Shown in pieces: positions 44,988-49,503 of a stretch of 49,503 bases of DNA (position 1 is its first letter; each line of letters begins with the position of its first letter). The notes under the pieces were generated by a model that was given only the letters and a program-made list of their open reading frames with translations, had not been told where the DNA came from and did not search any database. Source of the DNA: a virus (Duplodnaviria > Heunggongvirae > Uroviricota > Caudoviricetes); IMG/VR virus record IMGVR_UViG_3300006100_000010; one strand, 5' to 3'. A program made the position numbers and the translations under genes.

Positions 44988-46124
44988 TCACCAGTCACCG
45001 AGCGCCCAGTCTGTAATATCTTCGGGAAAGTTTGGATTTTCTTCCGCTGCTTTGCGGACTCTCGGGTCGGAGTCCGCTGCAAGGTGGACGAGAGTCTCCT
45101 TTGGAGTATTAGGGTTCGAGGCGACTCCTTCTCTCACTTCAACTTCAGGGTCCTTTGCAAGCTGGACAAGGGTCTCCACTGGAGTGTTAGGGTTCCTGGC
45201 GACTCCTTCTCTCACTTCAACTTCAGGGTCCACTGCAAGCTGGACAAGGGTCTCCACTGGAGTGTTAGGGTTCGAGGCGACCATCCATCTTACACTAGAG
45301 TCTGAGTCCTTTGCAAGCTGGACAAGGGTCTTGATGGGAGAGTTATGATTCCTGGCGACTCCTCCTCTCACTTTAACTTTAGGGTCCACTGCAAGCTGGA
45401 CAAGGGTCTCCACTGGAGTGTTAGGGTTCCAGGCGACCATCCATCTTACACGAGAGTCTGAGTCCTTTGCAAGCTGGACTAGGGTCTTGATGGGAGAGTT
45501 AGGATTCTTGGCGACACTATGTCTCACATGAAATTCTGAGTCCCCTGCAATCTGGGCAAGGGTCTCGATGGGAGTGTTAGGGTTCCAGGCGACAATATGT
45601 CTCACATGAGAGTCTGAGTCCCCTGCAAGCTGGACTAGAGCCTCAGCCGGAGTGTTAGGGTTTGCGGCGACCCCCGCTCTTAGCTCAGATTCCGGGTCCT
45701 CTGCAAGCTGGACTAGAGCCTCCTTTGGAGTGTTAGGATTCTTGGCGACACTATGTCTCACATAAGAGTTTGAGTCCCCTGCAAGCTGGACTAGAGCCTC
45801 AGCCGGAGTGTTAGGGTTCCAGGCGACAATATGTCTCACATGAGAGTCTGAGTCCCCTGCAAGCTGGACTAGAGCCTCAGCCGGAGTGTTAGGGTTCTCG
45901 GCGACCATCTGTCTTACACGAGAGTCTGAGTCCTTTGCAAGCTGGACTAGGGTCTTGATGGGAGAGTTAGGATTCCTGGCGACTCCTGATCTTATATCAG
46001 GATTTGAGTCTGCTGCAAGCTCGACTAGCGTCTCCACTGGAGTGTCAGGGTTCCTGGCAAGGCTCAATCGTGACAGGCCAGATTGCTCTAGTAATAAGCT
46101 TGAGTAAGGTCTAATGTGCTTCAT
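44988..46124 (-). CDS. LRV/HEAT-like repeat protein (14 units)
   Basis: Likely start MKHIRPY at 46124, behind GATAAATA at 46130-46137. Confidence 0.85.
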   Translation of the reverse strand: MKHIRPYSSLLLEQSGLSRLSLARNPDTPVETLVELAADSNPDIRSGVARNPNSPIKTLVQLAKDSDSRVRQMVAENPNTPAEALVQLAGDSDSHVRHIVAWNPNTPAEALVQLAGDSNSYVRHSVAKNPNTPKEALVQLAEDPESELRAGVAANPNTPAEALVQLAGDSDSHVRHIVAWNPNTPIETLAQIAGDSEFHVRHSVAKNPNSPIKTLVQLAKDSDSRVRWMVAWNPNTPVETLVQLAVDPKVKVRGGVARNHNSPIKTLVQLAKDSDSSVRWMVASNPNTPVETLVQLAVDPEVEVREGVARNPNTPVETLVQLAKDPEVEVREGVASNPNTPKETLVHLAADSDPRVRKAAEENPNFPEDITDWALGDW

Positions 46125-46341
46125 AGGATTATTTATCGCGCCAAGTACAAAAAGGTCAGGAGAACAGTAGCTGGCCATGGGGGATTTTTTTAAAAGCGCG
46201 AGGGCCTACTTTTCTGGGAGACCGGGGTTACAAAAAAGGCATAACCGAGTGGGCCAGTCCAGGGGATTTTTTTCCCAATGGAGAGGGGCATAAAAAAAGG
46301 GCTCCTTACTTGGGGCCCCTTTAAAATAAAATTAGGAATAT

Positions 46342-46665
46342 TTACTGGAATTGCAGGCCCATCATAAGTACTGCCCAAGGCTGTCCTTGCCCTCCCCCTA
46401 GGATATTGTCAGCCCTAAAGTATATTGCTTCAGGCGCGTTATCACTGGTTCCTTCTGCGTCATAGATAGAATCAAATACTACTGCATATTCTTCATGGCT
46501 CATAACCTCAGTTATTTTACCATAACCGGCATAGCAATTTATCACCACACCGGCATCGTCTGCAAAACCAACAACATAGACTTCGTCTCCTACTTGAGGA
46601 GAGTCACCGTTAAAGCCTTTGTCCTCTTTAATATACTGGCCAAATTTCTTAATTTGAATTTTCAT
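46342..46665 (-). CDS. Hypothetical protein with KFGQYIKE leader
   Basis: 107 aa; late motif upstream. Confidence 0.58.
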   Translation of the reverse strand: MKIQIKKFGQYIKEDKGFNGDSPQVGDEVYVVGFADDAGVVINCYAGYGKITEVMSHEEYAVVFDSIYDAEGTSDNAPEAIYFRADNILGGGQGQPWAVLMMGLQFQ

Positions 46666-46699
46666 TTTTAAGTACTTTTTAGTTATTTATTTGCGTGAT

Positions 46700-47300
46700 G
46701 CTACTAAAAATCAAAAAAGGCCAGGAGCACAGTCTGGCCATGGGGGATTTTTTTCCTAATGGAGAGGGGACCTGAATCCAAACGCGCAGGGGTCCCAAGA
46801 TCCCGGGCCCCAGTGGAGAGGAGTGAGCGACCGCTGGCCGGGCCTATAGTTACAAAATTTAACTTGAGTCTTCCCCAGTCTTCCAAGTCTTCCCTTGCTA
46901 GCCGGTCCAGTATAGTCATCCAGCTAGCCTGTCCAGGCGCCCTGCCAGGAGGCGCCCAGGAGGCGCCAGGGGCCTGCCTGGCCTGTCCAGGGTACCCCAG
47001 GGCCGGAGACACCAAGCCCCAGGCCAGACCGGCTAGCCTGGGAGCCAGCCAGGCGCTGGACCGGGCCCGAAGGGTCTCTGCTGGGCTAGTTAGACCTGCT
47101 AGATTAATCCGCAGCGGGTCTCTGGTCTAACTTCCCAGCCTGCTAGCTGTGCAGCAGAGACCTGTGATCCTGCTAGCTAGGTGCCAGCCAAGCCGCGTCT
47201 TAATCCAATGGGGTCTCTAGCACGACTTCCTAATTTTTCTAAGCAGCAGGTCTCTGGCCGGACTAGCAGAGACCCCAAGCAGGACTTGAATTCTTAAACA
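46700..47300. repeat. GC-rich non-coding repeat region, origin/terminus candidate
   Basis: Six GGTCTC in both orientations at 47073-47274; CCAGG/CTAG-rich; shares blocks with 46171-46288. Confidence 0.5.
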
Positions 47301-47330
47301 GCAAGAGCCGACCTTACGATCAGCTCTTGC
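47301..47330 (-). terminator. Hairpin, probable terminator for 47353-47592
   Basis: GCAAGAGC...GCTCTTGC. Confidence 0.5.
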
Positions 47331-47352
47331 AAGAAATTAAGATTTACCAGAT

Positions 47353-47592
47353 TTAGCTAACTGACTGAGTCGGTTGTGCCCATCCGTTGATTGCCTCTAC
47401 TCCAGACCAGTTAGTGTAAACTGTCTTACCGCCAGCTAGAGACACTTCAAAGACTTCGTGTCCGTCTGATCCAATACCTGCTGTGTAGATAAGAGTGATG
47501 TTTGTAGGAACCAAGCGGAGACCGTGTCCAGTCGGTGAGATTACCCCATCTGAATAACGATACTCGTCTACGCGTACCAATTGATTTGCCAT
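47353..47592 (-). CDS. Hypothetical late protein
   Basis: 79 aa behind GATAAATA at 47612-47619. Confidence 0.6.
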   Translation of the reverse strand: MANQLVRVDEYRYSDGVISPTGHGLRLVPTNITLIYTAGIGSDGHEVFEVSLAGGKTVYTNWSGVEAINGWAQPTQSVS

Positions 47593-47648
47593 TTTAGTTT
47601 GATTTTTTTATTATTTATCCCTTTACCAGTGTAGAGTCTCTTGAAAAA

Positions 47649-47699
47649 TAAAGTTAGCAAAAAGTTTTTCCGTGTCAGGGGCTTTAGTTATATTTACTT
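47649..47699 (+). promoter_or_regulatory. Early promoter-like element, copy 1
   Basis: AAAGTTTTT-NN-GTGTCAGG-N-GC-N-TT-N-GTTATATTTACTT, repeated at 49381-49431; TATATTTA resembles the Bacteroidetes -7 box TAnnTTTG. Confidence 0.65.
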
Positions 47700-47719
47700 A
47701 TCACCAAAAATAAAAAAAC

Positions 47720-47884
47720 ATGTCACTTAAGCAAGCACTGATGAACTCGCAGGAAATTTCAGAAAGTGAAGCCACCCAGAGGATACGGGAAATGCGGCAA
47801 CTGGTATGGGACGGCGAGGACCCGGAAGAGGTTCTTTACGAGGAAGGCCTCGAACCCGACTACGTCCCTGACCTCCTATTTTAA
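47720..47884 (+). CDS. Small acidic hypothetical protein (54 aa)
   Basis: MSLKQALM...DPEEVLYEEGLEPDYVPDLLF; first gene after the promoter, below track cutoff. Confidence 0.6.
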   Translation: MSLKQALMNSQEISESEATQRIREMRQLVWDGEDPEEVLYEEGLEPDYVPDLLF

Positions 47885-47903
47885 AACCTAATAAACCAAA
47901 AGC

Positions 47904-48164
47904 ATGAATTGGAAAGTAAGATTAGACCGCTACCTTACGTCACCGCCAGACGATGACTACGACCGCTGGTCTAGTGCTGTGATGGAGGCGCACGACCAAG
48001 AGTTCTATGAAGCGAACTGCCCCTGGCTGGGGGAGTCACAGTACGACCGATGGCTTTCAAAATGTTTCGACGAGAAGAATCTTGAACCCAAAGCCGCTGC
48101 TGAACTTATCGAAAGGACACACCGATTCTTTAAGATACCTCGACCCGTGACCGGCACCAAATAG
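47904..48164 (+). CDS. Hypothetical protein
   Basis: 86 aa. Confidence 0.6.
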   Translation: MNWKVRLDRYLTSPPDDDYDRWSSAVMEAHDQEFYEANCPWLGESQYDRWLSKCFDEKNLEPKAAAELIERTHRFFKIPRPVTGTK

Positions 48165-48196
48165 CTGGACTACTCCGTAGATCTAATACTGGCCAG

Positions 48197-48221
48197 AGGC
48201 TCCCCAAAAGGGAGCCTTTTT
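48197..48221 (+). terminator. Rho-independent terminator
   Basis: AGGCTCCC-CAAAA-GGGAGCCT plus T run. Confidence 0.85.
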
Positions 48222-48283
48222 CAGTTTCTGGAAACCTGTCACCGGGTTTTAGTATTTTATAAATAACAAAAAAGCCGATCCAC

Positions 48284-48490
48284 ATGAGTCCCGAAGAAAT
48301 GATAAGAGAGTATTACCTAGAGCTGGGAGAACCCGAGCCGCTGACCCTAAACCGGACTGTGCTGCACGAAGACAGTTCGATCGTCTCTGTCCAGTACGAG
48401 ATACTGCCGAATGCCGCTGTCACGGCAAGGACCATTAAGCTTAAGTGCATCTTTATGCGGGACGGCTCTCACCTAATAACTAAGATCTAA
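48284..48490 (+). CDS. Hypothetical protein
   Basis: 68 aa behind TATAAATA. Confidence 0.5.
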   Translation: MSPEEMIREYYLELGEPEPLTLNRTVLHEDSSIVSVQYEILPNAAVTARTIKLKCIFMRDGSHLITKI

Positions 48491-48805
48491 ATGAACCCAA
48501 AGCTGGAATCCTTCTGGGAGACTCTGAAACCCGGACTTGACCGTACTCCGGAAAGTCTCGTCCACTTCAGCTGGGCGCTGGAAGACTGGGAAGCCGAGTC
48601 TCTTGCTGTCGCGCTTGACCTGTTCAGCAAGGAACCCGTCCTGCTTAAGCACGAACTTGCCTCTCAGCTTGAAGAACTGGACTGGCTTATGCAGAGGCTC
48701 CTTGAGCTTGAAGAGTACGAGTGCTGTGCTAGGGTAAAGGAGACGCGGGAGAGGGCTAGCGTCAGAAATCAGGATTTACTTAAACCAAAAAGAAGAAAAA
48801 GATGA
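48491..48805 (+). CDS. Hypothetical protein with UVR-like C-terminal motif
   Basis: ELEEYECCARVKE resembles the ExEEYExAAxIRD coiled-coil motif. Confidence 0.55.
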   Translation: MNPKLESFWETLKPGLDRTPESLVHFSWALEDWEAESLAVALDLFSKEPVLLKHELASQLEELDWLMQRLLELEEYECCARVKETRERASVRNQDLLKPKRRKR

Positions 48806-49002
48806 CATACGAATTAGCAAAAGGAGTCCTAGCCGAGGATTATCCGGACGGTCGCACCCGAGTCTGGGGCAGGTGTAAAAGAACAGGTCGAGTATGGGAA
48901 AGCTGGCCTAGCACCGAATTGGTAGAAGCCTGGTTAAGGGGCGAAGGGTCTCTTAGCCCAGCCGAAGAGAGCTTCATCAGGAAGGGGGAGTCTCCCGAAT
49001 AG
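48802..49002 (+). CDS. Hypothetical protein
   Basis: 66 aa, 4-nt overlap. Confidence 0.5.
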   Translation: MTYELAKGVLAEDYPDGRTRVWGRCKRTGRVWESWPSTELVEAWLRGEGSLSPAEESFIRKGESPE

Positions 49003-49023
49003 ATAACACTAAAATTAAAAAAG

Positions 49024-49383
49024 ATGCCACCTAAAAATCCGCTAGAAAAGATAATCCACTGGATTGGCACGCCGCTTTCTCTGGTGCTGCACACCGTCTT
49101 CTTCGTCGGTATGCTGCTGCTCATACCGCTGGGCGTGTCAAAAGAGGACGTGATGCTTGTGCTGACGACGCTCGTCTCTCTTGAGGCCATCTACCTGAGC
49201 ATCTTTATCCAGATGGGGGTCAACCGCCAAGTCGAAGCACAGGAAGAGACCAGAAATTTCATCTCTACCGGACTCACTACCCTGCAAGAAACGATTGAGG
49301 AAGTACAGGAAACCGTCGAAGAAGTACAGGAAACCATTGACGAACCTGAAGAAGCGGAGGATCCGGCGTCTCTAGAAAAATAA
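49024..49383 (+). CDS. DUF1003 family membrane protein
   Basis: Two TM helices; LTTLVSLEAIYLSIFIQMGVNRQ. Confidence 0.8.
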   Translation: MPPKNPLEKIIHWIGTPLSLVLHTVFFVGMLLLIPLGVSKEDVMLVLTTLVSLEAIYLSIFIQMGVNRQVEAQEETRNFISTGLTTLQETIEEVQETVEEVQETIDEPEEAEDPASLEK

Positions 49384-49431
49384 AGTTGCTTAAAAGTTTT
49401 TTAGTGTCAGGAGCATTCGTTATATTTACTT
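49381..49431 (+). promoter_or_regulatory. Early promoter-like element, copy 2
   Basis: Matches 47649-47699. Confidence 0.65.
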
Positions 49432-49447
49432 CTATAAATCAAACAAG

Positions 49448-49503
49448 ATGAAAAACACAAAAAAGATTGAAGTACTTCAGGCAATACTACTCGGCCAAGA
49501 GAC
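49448..49503 (+). CDS. 3'-partial hypothetical protein
   Basis: ATG in A-rich context after the promoter; frame open to the window end. Confidence 0.4.
   Translation, partial: MKNTKKIEVLQAILLGQE

Noticed and set aside
46704-47130. Pro/Gly/Ala/Arg-rich ORFs on both strands of the GC-rich region
   Set aside because: Expected by stop-codon scarcity in GC-rich repeats; composition is unlike every other gene and there is no A-rich start context.

Overview
Segment of a large, AT-rich, T4-like tailed phage genome. The host is most likely Bacteroidota, inferred from a Bacteroidetes-type bS21, DUF4494, A-rich SD-less start contexts and TAnnTTT-type early promoters. The genetic code looks standard. 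1-15.8 kb: late virion-type genes behind RATAAATA promoters (gp26/gp51-like baseplate genes, lysin, acidic repeat protein), a possible DNA-modification trio (FkbM methyltransferase, MBD4-like glycosylase, GT-B glycosyltransferase), bS21 and Nudix. 15.8-23.1 kb: DNA ligase, ThyA, sulfotransferase and a GT9-like enzyme. 23.3-33.2 kb is the most striking part: 31 tRNAs covering all 20 amino acids, a Ro60/TROVE (Rsr) gene, and six RNAs that share one conserved bipartite Y-RNA-like stem but join it to a tRNA body in four different topologies. One of the six is an 'inside-out' tRNA-Tyr-like RNA with native CCA end and the stem in place of the D arm. The array is driven by three identically spaced promoters, each followed by a short leader ORF. 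Two of the leaders have attenuator geometry, and rrn-type boxA-like elements are interspersed. 33.2-46.7 kb: mostly minus-strand late genes with a capsid-targeting-like N-terminal motif, duplicated CAP-domain cassettes, ClpP, a sigma70-family factor, a non-specific nuclease and five tandem LRV/HEAT-repeat paralogues that exchange repeat units. 46.7-47.3 kb: a GC-rich, iteron-like non-coding region at the strand switch, followed by small early genes. All RNA folds were derived by eye, not computed.
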